Shown here one piece after another: positions 37,131 through 46,928 of a stretch of 64,000 nt of DNA. Source of the stretch: a virus (taxonomy: Duplodnaviria; Caudoviricetes); the IMG/VR virus record IMGVR_UViG_3300022666_000111; one strand, 5' to 3'. The translations under genes and the position numbers were made by a program. The first letter of the stretch is position 1. The number at the start of each line of letters is the position of its first letter. The notes under the pieces were generated by a model. It was not told the origin of the DNA. It worked only from the letters and a program-made list of their open reading frames with translations, and did no database searches.

Positions 37131-37850
37131 ATGAGCAAGCCTTCTGACACCACAAACTACATCTACCGTATGGGTACGGCGCCGAACACCCGTGCGGCTG
37201 TGACCCAGAAGAACAAAATCTACGGGTACATGGTCAATTCGTCTTCGCCTGGCTTCCAGCAGATTGGGGCCGTCAGCGAATTCGGGCACGACGAGTCACG
37301 GTCGGTAGAGCCCGTGCGTGGGGTTGGCTTCGGGGATCAGGTCGCCGAGCTGGTCCCTGGCGTCACGGAGCCCATGACCTTGACGCTCAACAAGACCCTC
37401 ATGTACGCCCTCAACCTCTTCCAGACGGTGGGCTACAAGGGCGGCGTTGAGGGGTTGGTCCGATCCCTCAAACACCACAGGTGGCCGTTTGACATCAAGC
37501 AGGAGCTGGTCTTCTCTGAGATCGCCTCCAAATACGACCTCGACGGCGCGGTCGTCAAGAACGCCTCCAACGCGAACCCGAGCGGCAACTTCATCGTTCC
37601 GATCCGGGCGCTCTTCACCTTCTTCGAGGGTTGCTGGTTCGAATCATACTCAGCCTCCTACACCTCGGACGCGGCAATCGTCGCCGAAAACTCCTCCGTC
37701 AAGGTTACCGACGTCATCGACGGCGTGAGCCAGTACGGGGAGTTCATCGACACGGGCTTGGCGCCTATCGGTGCCAATGGCTCCGCAGGCAAGGGCTTCT
37801 CGCTCCGCTTCGCAGGCGGCGCGCAGCCTCCTGTGGGTCAAGTAACCTGA
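37131..37850 (+). CDS. Tail tube protein
   Basis: IGAV.E....ESR.V....G.GD...ELVPG; PFDI; F.GCW..SYS pattern of large-myophage tubes; precedes chaperones and TMP. Confidence 0.82.
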   Translation: MSKPSDTTNYIYRMGTAPNTRAAVTQKNKIYGYMVNSSSPGFQQIGAVSEFGHDESRSVEPVRGVGFGDQVAELVPGVTEPMTLTLNKTLMYALNLFQTVGYKGGVEGLVRSLKHHRWPFDIKQELVFSEIASKYDLDGAVVKNASNANPSGNFIVPIRALFTFFEGCWFESYSASYTSDAAIVAENSSVKVTDVIDGVSQYGEFIDTGLAPIGANGSAGKGFSLRFAGGAQPPVGQVT

Positions 37851-37948
37851 GAATGAAGATTAGATGACGATGGGAATGTGTATCGGACGCGGAGGCTGTG
37901 TGGAAGTCTAGCCCATCGTCATCCCTAGATCAGATCGGACCAAACGGG

Positions 37949-39019
37949 ATGGCAACTCTAAGCGAAAATCGTATCCAAGACGCCCTCGACAAGGCTTGCA
38001 AAGTCGGCCTTGTCGAGGAGCGGTTCACTGTCATGGGCTGTGATGTGGTTATCCGCAACCTCACCCCTGACGAATACCGGGACGTGGCAGAGGAGACCCG
38101 TGAGCTGAAGGACGTGGATTTCGCCTACGCCTTCCAAATGGGACACATCTGCCGCGCGATCGTAGAGATCAACGGTGTCGATCTACGCGACGTGGACTAC
38201 ATCGAATCAACGGTCCCCGACCCCAAGAACCCCGGGGGAAAGAAAACCGTCAACCTCGAGCGACACACCTGGCTCCGCAACAAGGTCCTCGGCTCCTGGG
38301 GCAAGGAGGCGCTGACAACGGTCTACCGCAAATTCTCGGACGTCATTGACGTTGCGGAGAAGCAATCGGTGGACGGCGTCAAGTTCGTCCTTCCGGATGA
38401 GACTCCCGAGGACATCTTCCGACGCCTCGTGGGTGAGCTTAAGGCCCTTGAGGATAACCTCCCCGAGGACCTCGTGGTCAAGATTCTCGAGGAGAATGGC
38501 TACGGTCACGGGATCACCCCGGCTGAATTGGAAGCGGCCCAAAACGCCCTCGGTGGAACCTCCGGCTTCAAGAAGGAGCCCGAAGAGCCCACGCTTGACC
38601 CCGACGTCCGTGAGGCCCTTCGAACACCGGAAGGGCGTGACAACCTGGCCGAGGCGGTGCGCCCCGCGAGCCCGAACGTCCCTGGGAGTGAGGCCCCACG
38701 TCAAGACCCGAGGGAGATCATGCGTAGGCGACAGCCTTTGAACCAGGCAGCCGCACAGCAGCCCATTCCGACGCCACAGCAGCCCCCACAGCCTATCCAT
38801 GGGGCAATCCCCGTGGTAACGGCCAAGTCACGTGCCTACGCTGAACTAGAGGCGGAGGCGGCTTGCCTCAACAATGGAGTAGACGCCGTGCTTCCAGGGC
38901 GCCCAAATGAAGTCCCAGAGCTATCACGGCCCATGGATAGAACACCACAACAAGTCGTCATCGACTCACCCCCCATTGCTGGAATCAACCCAAGATTCCG
39001 CCCACCTCCGAGGCCGTGA
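37949..39019 (+). CDS. Tail assembly chaperone 1
   Basis: Between tube and TMP; V.IRNL..DE...AIVEING pattern; Pro/Gln-rich tail. Confidence 0.6.
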   Translation: MATLSENRIQDALDKACKVGLVEERFTVMGCDVVIRNLTPDEYRDVAEETRELKDVDFAYAFQMGHICRAIVEINGVDLRDVDYIESTVPDPKNPGGKKTVNLERHTWLRNKVLGSWGKEALTTVYRKFSDVIDVAEKQSVDGVKFVLPDETPEDIFRRLVGELKALEDNLPEDLVVKILEENGYGHGITPAELEAAQNALGGTSGFKKEPEEPTLDPDVREALRTPEGRDNLAEAVRPASPNVPGSEAPRQDPREIMRRRQPLNQAAAQQPIPTPQQPPQPIHGAIPVVTAKSRAYAELEAEAACLNNGVDAVLPGRPNEVPELSRPMDRTPQQVVIDSPPIAGINPRFRPPPRP

Positions 39020-39025
39020 TGCCGT

Positions 39026-40255
39026 ATGGACGCCGCAGAACGCGCCTACCAAGAGGAACAAGCCCGGCTACGCGGTGAGACCGACGATGAGGACAACCTC
39101 AAGATCGAGATACCAAAAGAGCCGGAAGTCGACCCCAGGATCTATCGTGACGTGACGTCGCTCCTTTACCGGGGCTTCATCCACATCTCGGTGGACATCA
39201 ATGGCGTCCCACTCGTCCTCAAGAGCTTGAACCAACACGAGTTCGACCTCTTGCAGATGTCAATGGGGCCAAACCGCACCCCCGCAAACGTCAACCAACG
39301 CTTCTACAGCATCTTCCTGGCTTACGGCGTGCTCATGGTGGATGGTAACAACATCCTCAGCGACCGTGACAGGTGGATTCCAGAGCTAGCGGATCGATTC
39401 GACCGCTTCAACGCAACCGTGCGGAAGAAGATGGTCTGGCAATTGAGCGAGATCAACCGCCGAGCCACGGTAGCCGTCATGCTCACAGAAGCCTACGCGA
39501 TGGAGGCCAACTCCCGGTTCCGGTGGGCGCAGCTTCGCGGTATGGACATCATGTCCCCTTCGGCGACGGGCATACGTGGAACGGAATACCTTGGGCTCAA
39601 TTGGGCGCAGCTCACATGGCGGGCGTTGAACCTCTATGAGGACGCCCGTGAGAGCATTGAGCGTGAGTGGGAGAATGCCAAGTTCATCGGGGCGTGCTTC
39701 GCGGGTAAGGGAATCTCCAAGGTCTACAACCAAGACATCCGTCGCCGACGTGACGACTTGAGCGCCAAGAGGACGAGGAAGGACCAGATCCTCCGGCACG
39801 TCGTTCTAGGCGCCCCCATGGATGACAATGTGCTCCACAAGGATGGTCAGGTTGTCATAGCCGCCCAAACGGTAGATCAGCTTGCGGATCAGCTCAGCAA
39901 GAGCCTCAAGGGTGAAAAGGACTGGCATGACGAGGTGGTTGCCGCCATCGAGGATCGTCAGCAACGTGAATACCTGGAGCAGCAAGCCAGGCTTCAGGCG
40001 CTTGCGGAGGAGAATGAGGCCCGTTACGGCGGACGTGGTTTGATCGGTGCGACCGAGCTTGGTGGCCTTTCCATCGAGGACGTTGCGAAGCGCATTGAGG
40101 CCCGGCAACGTGCAGCAGCGCGTCAGGTGCTGCCCGAGATGATGGACCCCAAGTCATCCGAATTCCTTAATAAATGGGGTCTGGCAGGCCAAGGCCAACC
40201 GCCCCCTGTGGTGGAGGCCCCGAACCGTGAGTCTGTGAAGCCCTTCAAGAGGTAA
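39026..40255 (+). CDS. Tail assembly chaperone 2
   Basis: Immediately before TMP; SR..W ... LN.AQ..W..LN motif. Confidence 0.55.
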   Translation: MDAAERAYQEEQARLRGETDDEDNLKIEIPKEPEVDPRIYRDVTSLLYRGFIHISVDINGVPLVLKSLNQHEFDLLQMSMGPNRTPANVNQRFYSIFLAYGVLMVDGNNILSDRDRWIPELADRFDRFNATVRKKMVWQLSEINRRATVAVMLTEAYAMEANSRFRWAQLRGMDIMSPSATGIRGTEYLGLNWAQLTWRALNLYEDARESIEREWENAKFIGACFAGKGISKVYNQDIRRRRDDLSAKRTRKDQILRHVVLGAPMDDNVLHKDGQVVIAAQTVDQLADQLSKSLKGEKDWHDEVVAAIEDRQQREYLEQQARLQALAEENEARYGGRGLIGATELGGLSIEDVAKRIEARQRAAARQVLPEMMDPKSSEFLNKWGLAGQGQPPPVVEAPNRESVKPFKR

Positions 40256-40257
40256 CC

Positions 40258-43200
40258 GTGCCGCTGATCAATGAGGATATCCTCAAGTTCGATATTCAGG
40301 TTGACCCCAAGAAGGGCATAACGAGCGTCCGTCAATTCGACCGGGAGTTCGTGCGCAGCATTCAAGACGTGCGTCGAAACATGAAGGCCCTCGACAAGGC
40401 TCAGAAGGGCTACTTCAATGAGGCGCGGTTTGCTTGGCGCGAGGTACAGGAAGAGGTCGAGGCTACCTCGGCCGCGATGGCTCAATGTGACAAGGATTCA
40501 GCCCTAGCAGAGAAAAGCATCGCAGCCATCACACGTAGCCTTTCTGCTTGGGAGGCTGGCACCAAGACCCTCTCACAGAAGCAGGTTGACCAGCACAGGA
40601 AGTATTTGGCGCAACTGAAGGAACGCGTCGCGGATACGAAGAAGGCCAAGGGCATCATTGAGGATCTCGGCAAGGAAACCGTGGTCATCAAGATGTCCGC
40701 TGCGGCCGACGCTATGAAGGAGAGCCTTTCGAAGGTAGCCGCACCCCTCACACGGCTGATGTCCAAGGACATCAGCGGGGCCTTCGAAGAGGGTGGTAAG
40801 CTCGCCGCCGCCGCCGTTTCACGGTCGGCTCTCAGCCTTGGCCGGGCCATGAAGAGCAAGGGGTCGTCGCTCAGTCAGCTCGGGGCTGGCTTGGCTACGA
40901 AGGGCGCTGCCGCAGGCCCTGGTATCAAAGGCAAGGGCTTGGAGATGCTTGGCGGTGCCATGAAGGGCATCGGAGGCATGATGGCCAAGGCCGGTCCAAT
41001 GATGCAAACCTTGGCTCAGTTAGGTCCCATTTTGAGCATGACAGCGGGGGCACTTGTTTCGGTCGTCAAGCTCATAGTCGATGCTGAGGCCAAGGCTAAG
41101 GAGTTCCAAAAAGAGCTGCTCGCCTCGGCCTCAACCGGCGAGTTCCTGACGAAAAACGCCCAGAACGCCAACATGGCCTACATGGACCTCGCCCAAACCG
41201 TGACGGACCTCCGTGACAGCGCGTTCAACCTGAAACAGAACCTCGCTTGGGGCACGACCTCGAAGGATCACTTGGCCTTCCGCAACGTCTTGACTCAAGA
41301 AGGCGTCTCCATCGCACGTATGGCAGACGAGTTCGAACGGGCTAAGAAAGAGGGTAAATTCACGGGGGACGCTGTTGAGTACTACGGATCACAAACGGCC
41401 GTAGCCGTAGCCTACGCCCGCAATTTCGGCGTAGCCCTCAACGAGATCACGTCGTTTCAGACGCACATGATGGTCGAGCTAGGCTCCTCCTTCTCGGACG
41501 TGCAGCATGAGTTTTCCAACATGGCGACAGCGGCTGGCGGCTCCGGGATGGCCATGAACAAGTTCTTCGCCATCATGCGCGGGGTTAGCTCGGACCTCTC
41601 TCTCTACAACATGCGCATGGAGGACGCGGTAGGGCTTCTCAACAAGCTCGGGAAGGTCATGAGCCCCCAAAATGCCCAGAAGTTCATGGGCACCCTGATG
41701 CAGGGCTTCAAGAACATGGGCCGCCTCGATCGCCTCCGTATGACCCTCCTTGCGGGCGAAGGGAAGACTCGACAGGTGTTCGAGAAAGACGCGAAGAGGC
41801 GTGAGACAGCACTTGCGGAGAAGCTCGCAAGTCAAGCCAAGATACCTCTGGATGCAGCCCAAAAGGCTGTCGATGCCTACGGGAAAGGTCAGAAGACAGA
41901 ATTCAACAACCTCGTCAAGGGGCTTGAGGGCGGAGGCGCCCTCAAAGAGGCCGCGATCGAGCTGAAGATCGATCGCAAGATGTCCAAGAAGGGCGTCTTC
42001 GGGCTATCCCAAGCCACGGGGAACCTCGGCGTCACCGGACAGATTGACATGATGAAGGCCGCCCTTGGACGGTTTGCTAAGCCGGGCGCGAAGCTTTCGG
42101 ATATGGCGGGCGAGCTAGGCCCCGAGATGATGGCCGAGAATCTTGGGATTGGGCGCGAGCAGCTCAACAACACGATCAAGCTTGAGGAGGCTATGGACGA
42201 GGCTCGCGAAGAGATGCGGGCGACGGGTAGCTTCACCAAGGAGCAGCTCGAGAATGACGACGAGGTCCTGAAGTATGCGGGCATCACACGAGAAGAGGCT
42301 AAGCAGGCGGCTTGGAGTCAGCTTGACTATGCCAAGCAACAGAGCAGCCTCACGAGCAGCCTCTTGGATAAGCTGGACGTCATCATCGACTTCCTGATGA
42401 ACCAATTCTACAACGTCATCATCGGCATCTGGGATACGATCCTCGATATCCCCGGGCTGGGTGGCGCTGAGAAGAAGATGCAGGTCGCCGCCATGCGTTC
42501 CAAGAACAAGGACGTCATCGACGCTGTTACGGCAGCGGGCGGGGACGTTTGGAAGGCAAAGGGCAACATCATTGAGAGCGCCATCGGCAAACGCCTCATG
42601 GGAGGGCTTGCGGGCGCGGGTGAAGTGCCGGGTAAGCGGTCCCGCCTTGAAGAGGTCGAGAAGAGCTTGTCGGACACGTCAGGTCTCTACGGTAAGCTAC
42701 GCTCCAGCGGTAAAACCGATGAAGAGGCTAATGCCGAGATCAAGGCGCTGCAAGAGGAGCGCGGACGGCTCAAGCAAGAGATTGCCACGACCGAGGCACG
42801 AACCACCGACGCCTTCAAAGCGGTAGACGCCCAGTGGAAGGCTATGGGGCCGAACGAGGGGATGGATAAGCTCTGGGACGCCATCAATATGACGAATCTG
42901 CGTCAAACAAGCCCCAGCGCAGGTGGTAACATGGTGCTCACGGAGAAATACCTCAAGGAGGGTATGAATCTGTCGGACGCCATGGAACGCGCAGGATTCA
43001 CGCCCGAAGAGATGGGGCAGATTATGAGTAAGGCCGTGTGGGCTATGGCTCCTCAGCAGGTGGCAGGCGCCGCAGGCATCTACGGCCGAACCGCCTCTGG
43101 GGCTGAGCCTACGGCACCTGGAGCACCTGGTGCCCCGGGGGCGCCTCCGGTCCCAGGCCAACCCACGCCAGCCGCTGCCGCTCCGGGCGCGGTTCCTGGC

Positions 43201-43914
43201 GTCACGACGCCCGCTCCCACGGCACCTGCGGCAGCCCCGGCCCCTACGACGGCGCCTACCGGCCCCTCCGCAGACGTGGCCAAGCCTATCCAAACGACGG
43301 CTGAATCTACGACAACCTTGGCGGCAACCTCCGCCAATATGCTCTCGACCAATGAGGCTATGCTTGATGCCCTTCGGCAGCAAGGTATCAAGATTGACAA
43401 ACCCTTCCTCAAGACCAACCTGGGCAAGCAGATCGAGGATTCAACCTACGACGCCATGTCAAAGGCCCTCTTTGAGTACTGGCTCTATTCGGGAGATGAC
43501 GCTAAGGTGAAATCCTGGCTCAAGTACGCCGCTGAACAAGGCGCTACGGATTTGAGCGCGACCTCCATGCGCACCGTCGCCTTGGATTGGGCGAGCAAGA
43601 CCGAAGAGGGTAAGGGGCTGGCGGCACACGCCGGGGGCGGAATTGTCACGGGCATCGCCGGGGGCGTAGCTATGACGAAGCCCCTCACGGCTGCCCCAGG
43701 GGAGGGACTCCTATCCGTAGGCCCCCATGAGGCGATCCTTCCCCTCAATAAGCTGGGTCCTGGAGCTGCTGCCCCAACCGGAGGCGGTGGTAAATCCTCC
43801 CTGGCCGTAGACGTCAACGTCAACGGCGTGAACGACAACGACTTCCAACGTGGGCTCAAGACAGCCGTCACGAACTACATCTACGAGTATGAGCGCCGGA
43901 AGAGGGTGACCTGA
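40258..43914 (+). CDS. Tape measure protein (1218 aa)
   Basis: Long helical Ala/Gly/Met/Lys-rich protein; synteny. Confidence 0.85.
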   Translation: MPLINEDILKFDIQVDPKKGITSVRQFDREFVRSIQDVRRNMKALDKAQKGYFNEARFAWREVQEEVEATSAAMAQCDKDSALAEKSIAAITRSLSAWEAGTKTLSQKQVDQHRKYLAQLKERVADTKKAKGIIEDLGKETVVIKMSAAADAMKESLSKVAAPLTRLMSKDISGAFEEGGKLAAAAVSRSALSLGRAMKSKGSSLSQLGAGLATKGAAAGPGIKGKGLEMLGGAMKGIGGMMAKAGPMMQTLAQLGPILSMTAGALVSVVKLIVDAEAKAKEFQKELLASASTGEFLTKNAQNANMAYMDLAQTVTDLRDSAFNLKQNLAWGTTSKDHLAFRNVLTQEGVSIARMADEFERAKKEGKFTGDAVEYYGSQTAVAVAYARNFGVALNEITSFQTHMMVELGSSFSDVQHEFSNMATAAGGSGMAMNKFFAIMRGVSSDLSLYNMRMEDAVGLLNKLGKVMSPQNAQKFMGTLMQGFKNMGRLDRLRMTLLAGEGKTRQVFEKDAKRRETALAEKLASQAKIPLDAAQKAVDAYGKGQKTEFNNLVKGLEGGGALKEAAIELKIDRKMSKKGVFGLSQATGNLGVTGQIDMMKAALGRFAKPGAKLSDMAGELGPEMMAENLGIGREQLNNTIKLEEAMDEAREEMRATGSFTKEQLENDDEVLKYAGITREEAKQAAWSQLDYAKQQSSLTSSLLDKLDVIIDFLMNQFYNVIIGIWDTILDIPGLGGAEKKMQVAAMRSKNKDVIDAVTAAGGDVWKAKGNIIESAIGKRLMGGLAGAGEVPGKRSRLEEVEKSLSDTSGLYGKLRSSGKTDEEANAEIKALQEERGRLKQEIATTEARTTDAFKAVDAQWKAMGPNEGMDKLWDAINMTNLRQTSPSAGGNMVLTEKYLKEGMNLSDAMERAGFTPEEMGQIMSKAVWAMAPQQVAGAAGIYGRTASGAEPTAPGAPGAPGAPPVPGQPTPAAAAPGAVPGVTTPAPTAPAAAPAPTTAPTGPSADVAKPIQTTAESTTTLAATSANMLSTNEAMLDALRQQGIKIDKPFLKTNLGKQIEDSTYDAMSKALFEYWLYSGDDAKVKSWLKYAAEQGATDLSATSMRTVALDWASKTEEGKGLAAHAGGGIVTGIAGGVAMTKPLTAAPGEGLLSVGPHEAILPLNKLGPGAAAPTGGGGKSSLAVDVNVNGVNDNDFQRGLKTAVTNYIYEYERRKRVT

Positions 43915-44891
43915 TGCCGCACATCCGCTCTGCCAACCCTGACTTCAAGCGGATCGACGCGCCTTCGTCGGATCTCAAGTACATCCACGGCGCCGACGTC
44001 AAGAAGACCGTCCTCCCGATGGCCTTTCAGGTGACCAGCCCTTTTGACTTCACCCGGGCGATCATGCCCCATGCTCTCGTGCTTCATGTCAACCCTGCGA
44101 GCTTCAACGAGACCTTCAACAAGAAGATCGAGCGAATCCAAACCAAGGGGGGCTGGGTTGAACAGCATTGGGGCGACGACCTCTCCGAGGTAAGCGCAGA
44201 CGGCTCTACCGGCGCCTTCATGAACATCTACACGGGGCTCTCGAGCGTCTTGCGCCGACGCACCATCGCCTACGATCGTTACCGTGACCTCCACGACCTC
44301 TTCCGGCACAACGGGAGCGTCTACGACCCTTACGGCAACATCGTTCTTCAAGGGCAAGTTCTGCTCATGTTCGATAGGGGTACCCTGGCGGGCACATTTC
44401 GGACGTTCGAATTCGAAGAGACCGCTGACAGCCCCTTCACCTTCAAGCTCAATTGGACCTTCAAGGTCGAGCACATTCTCTACTACATCCCCGGGGCAGG
44501 ATCCGGGAAGCCCCTCTACGGCCCCGCCGCGCGTGTTCCGTCATTCCAGATGCAGAACACCGAGAAGGCCCCCAATGCCGTAGCGCAAGCCGAGACCGAA
44601 GCGAAAGCCAAGGCGCAAGCCGAGGAGGACGCTAAGAAGGCGTACACTGAGCTTCGAGATGCCGCCGTGGGCGCTTGGAACCGGGGCAGCGAGGCTGTTC
44701 GAGGATTCCTTGAGACCGTAAGTAAGTCTCCTGAGCAACGAACGGCGGAGGAGCAAGCTCAAGTGGCTGCGGCCGAAAGCCAAGCCCTCACGGATTCACT
44801 GGCTCGGCAACGCCGGGAGCAATTCAACAACCGCACAACCGCCCCAACGCACACGGCTTCAAGCGCGACATCCGCCAAAGGTAAGAGGTAG
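43914..44891 (+). CDS. Baseplate tube-initiator protein 1
   Basis: L.VNP.SF......T.GG...HWG....I...G.TG ... G.F..F...E....PF...Y...F. Confidence 0.7.
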   Translation: MPHIRSANPDFKRIDAPSSDLKYIHGADVKKTVLPMAFQVTSPFDFTRAIMPHALVLHVNPASFNETFNKKIERIQTKGGWVEQHWGDDLSEVSADGSTGAFMNIYTGLSSVLRRRTIAYDRYRDLHDLFRHNGSVYDPYGNIVLQGQVLLMFDRGTLAGTFRTFEFEETADSPFTFKLNWTFKVEHILYYIPGAGSGKPLYGPAARVPSFQMQNTEKAPNAVAQAETEAKAKAQAEEDAKKAYTELRDAAVGAWNRGSEAVRGFLETVSKSPEQRTAEEQAQVAAAESQALTDSLARQRREQFNNRTTAPTHTASSATSAKGKR

Positions 44892-44894
44892 CAA

Positions 44895-46928
44895 ATGGCG
44901 AACTCTGGGATCAAGGGGCCTCGCATCTACAAGCAGATCGAGGAGGACGCCGATTACTACGAGCCATCGATCTATTCGGCGCTCAGCTTCACGAACCTCT
45001 TCGAAGCTCTTGACGACCCCGCCTCTGGATCATACGTCCCCGTCTGCTCCCCCTTGGCCTACAAGTTCGGTGAGGCCGGAGCTACGGGCCGCATGTTCGT
45101 CGTGGGGCTCCTGCCTCCGACTTGCAACGTCACCGGGCGTGCCTTGGACCGATCCGCCTCTGTCGCGAACCTCCAAGGGGGCGTTGGAGCAGCGGACCTT
45201 GGGGGCGATGAGCCTAGTGGGGGCGGTGTTAGTGCTGGCGTTCAGAAGTACGGTGGGATTGTGACAGCCCCTGGCTACAAGATCCCCAAGGGCACAGGCA
45301 CCGCCAATATCGGATCCGGAGTCCCTCCTGGCGTTCAAGGCTGCGGAGATAAGGTGGCGGTCGAATACCTCGGCAACGGGAAGTACAAGTACAACTGCGT
45401 TGCTAACGTGAGCGTCCGTGAGATGTACCAGGCGTTCCACGACGCCTACGTCGCCAAGTTCGGCAAAGAGCCGACGCCAACCGAAATCCAATTCATCACG
45501 GCCCACTGCTTCCGCGAGACGGGCGGGCACATGCCCGGTAACAACCCGGGCTACATCGGCAACCGCTCGGATAACCCTGGTGGGTGGGTTGGCTTTCAAG
45601 AGCCCGATCCGAAGAACCCAGGAGGGACCAGGGTTCGATGGTTCAAGGGGTATAGCTCCGTCACAGAGGGATGCGCAGCCTACCTCAACACGGTTGCACG
45701 TAACCCCAACGTTTTGGCGGCAGCAAGGGATGGTGACGTCCTCGGCTACCTCACAAGCCTAGCTCAGCAGGAGTATTTCGGGGAGCCCGTTCGGTGGTAC
45801 TACAACAACAACGGCCAAGGAGGTGGGTGGCCGGGTCTGCTGAACATGGTAGCCGCGCAGGTTCCTGAAGCCGGGCTTGGGCGGGCGAACAACCTCCCCA
45901 AGGACGCTCCCAACAATTGCGCCTTCAATGAGTCCTCCGCGCAATACCAGAAGCGCGCGAAGGCAGCGGGCTTGCGATCCGGCGCAGCCGCCATCTCCCG
46001 GTTCAACAAGGACTCCCCTTACGGTCCTGACTGCCCTCTCACGGGCAATGAGGGCAACTACAGCGAGGAGTACGTGACGCCGGATTGGGAGGGTAAGGGC
46101 GCTGCCAACGCACAGTCAGCCAAGGCCGAAGAGGCCAAGACAGCCGGGCAAGACCTCAACCGAACGGAGCTGGGCCGAGCGTTCCAGCTTGCGCAGCAAT
46201 TTCAGGTGGGGGAGACCCTCAAGCAACTTGAGATCATGCGCAACACTCCTCCCTTGAGGCTCTTGGTCAACCCGGAGTCGTTCAAGGTCTCTGCCGAGAA
46301 GATCGTCTCGGACGGCAATTGGACACGGTGCGGGCCTATCATTGAGCATTGGGGTGACGGTCAGGACAAGATCACAGGATCCGGCAAGATTGCGGGCTTC
46401 TATTCGATTGATGCCCAGGATGCTACCGGGCCAGGGCTTTCGAGAACGACTCGGAATTTCTCGATGTCCTACCAGAATTTCCTCTCGCTGTGGCTTCTCT
46501 ACCGGAACAACGGTGGGCTCATGATCCCTGACTACACGGCGGGAGAAAGCCCTCTCAAGAACATCTCCGTCACGGGATCGATCTACATCTACTATGACGG
46601 GATCATTTACATTGGGAGCTTCGATAGCTTCAACGTGAACGAGACGGACGCGGCCCCATTCACGCTTGAGTACGACTTCCAATTCACCGTGCGGGCTTGG
46701 TATGAGCTTGACCGTGAGGACCCCTCACAGTACCAGTACGGCAGCACCTCCGGCTTGTTCAAGCAAGGGGCCATCCCGGTGACCCCTGACACGCAGAAGA
46801 CCTATGAGGCGGCAACCGCTGCCGAGGCGTCACGCAAGGAGAAGGCTCAAGAGGTTTTGGCGGAGCAGCAGAAGCTGGATTCACTGTTCCAATCCCCTGA
46901 ACAGCTACTCAACCGAGGTGGTTCGTAA
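44895..46928 (+). CDS. Baseplate tube-initiator protein 2 with GH73/FlgJ-like muramidase domain
   Basis: C-terminal domain paralogous to 43914 protein; central AH..RETG....NNPG.I...F..Y.S..EG...Y...L....YF. Confidence 0.68.
   Translation: MANSGIKGPRIYKQIEEDADYYEPSIYSALSFTNLFEALDDPASGSYVPVCSPLAYKFGEAGATGRMFVVGLLPPTCNVTGRALDRSASVANLQGGVGAADLGGDEPSGGGVSAGVQKYGGIVTAPGYKIPKGTGTANIGSGVPPGVQGCGDKVAVEYLGNGKYKYNCVANVSVREMYQAFHDAYVAKFGKEPTPTEIQFITAHCFRETGGHMPGNNPGYIGNRSDNPGGWVGFQEPDPKNPGGTRVRWFKGYSSVTEGCAAYLNTVARNPNVLAAARDGDVLGYLTSLAQQEYFGEPVRWYYNNNGQGGGWPGLLNMVAAQVPEAGLGRANNLPKDAPNNCAFNESSAQYQKRAKAAGLRSGAAAISRFNKDSPYGPDCPLTGNEGNYSEEYVTPDWEGKGAANAQSAKAEEAKTAGQDLNRTELGRAFQLAQQFQVGETLKQLEIMRNTPPLRLLVNPESFKVSAEKIVSDGNWTRCGPIIEHWGDGQDKITGSGKIAGFYSIDAQDATGPGLSRTTRNFSMSYQNFLSLWLLYRNNGGLMIPDYTAGESPLKNISVTGSIYIYYDGIIYIGSFDSFNVNETDAAPFTLEYDFQFTVRAWYELDREDPSQYQYGSTSGLFKQGAIPVTPDTQKTYEAATAAEASRKEKAQEVLAEQQKLDSLFQSPEQLLNRGGS

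Noticed and set aside
38236-38242. Lambda-type slippery heptamer G-GGA-AAG in tail chaperone 1
   Set aside because: The -1 frame hits TGA at 38347-38349, far short of the second chaperone ORF, so no G-T-like fusion results
43105-43270. Pro/Ala/Gly low-complexity repeat in the tape measure gene
   Set aside because: Ordinary flexible linker, not a DNA-level repeat element
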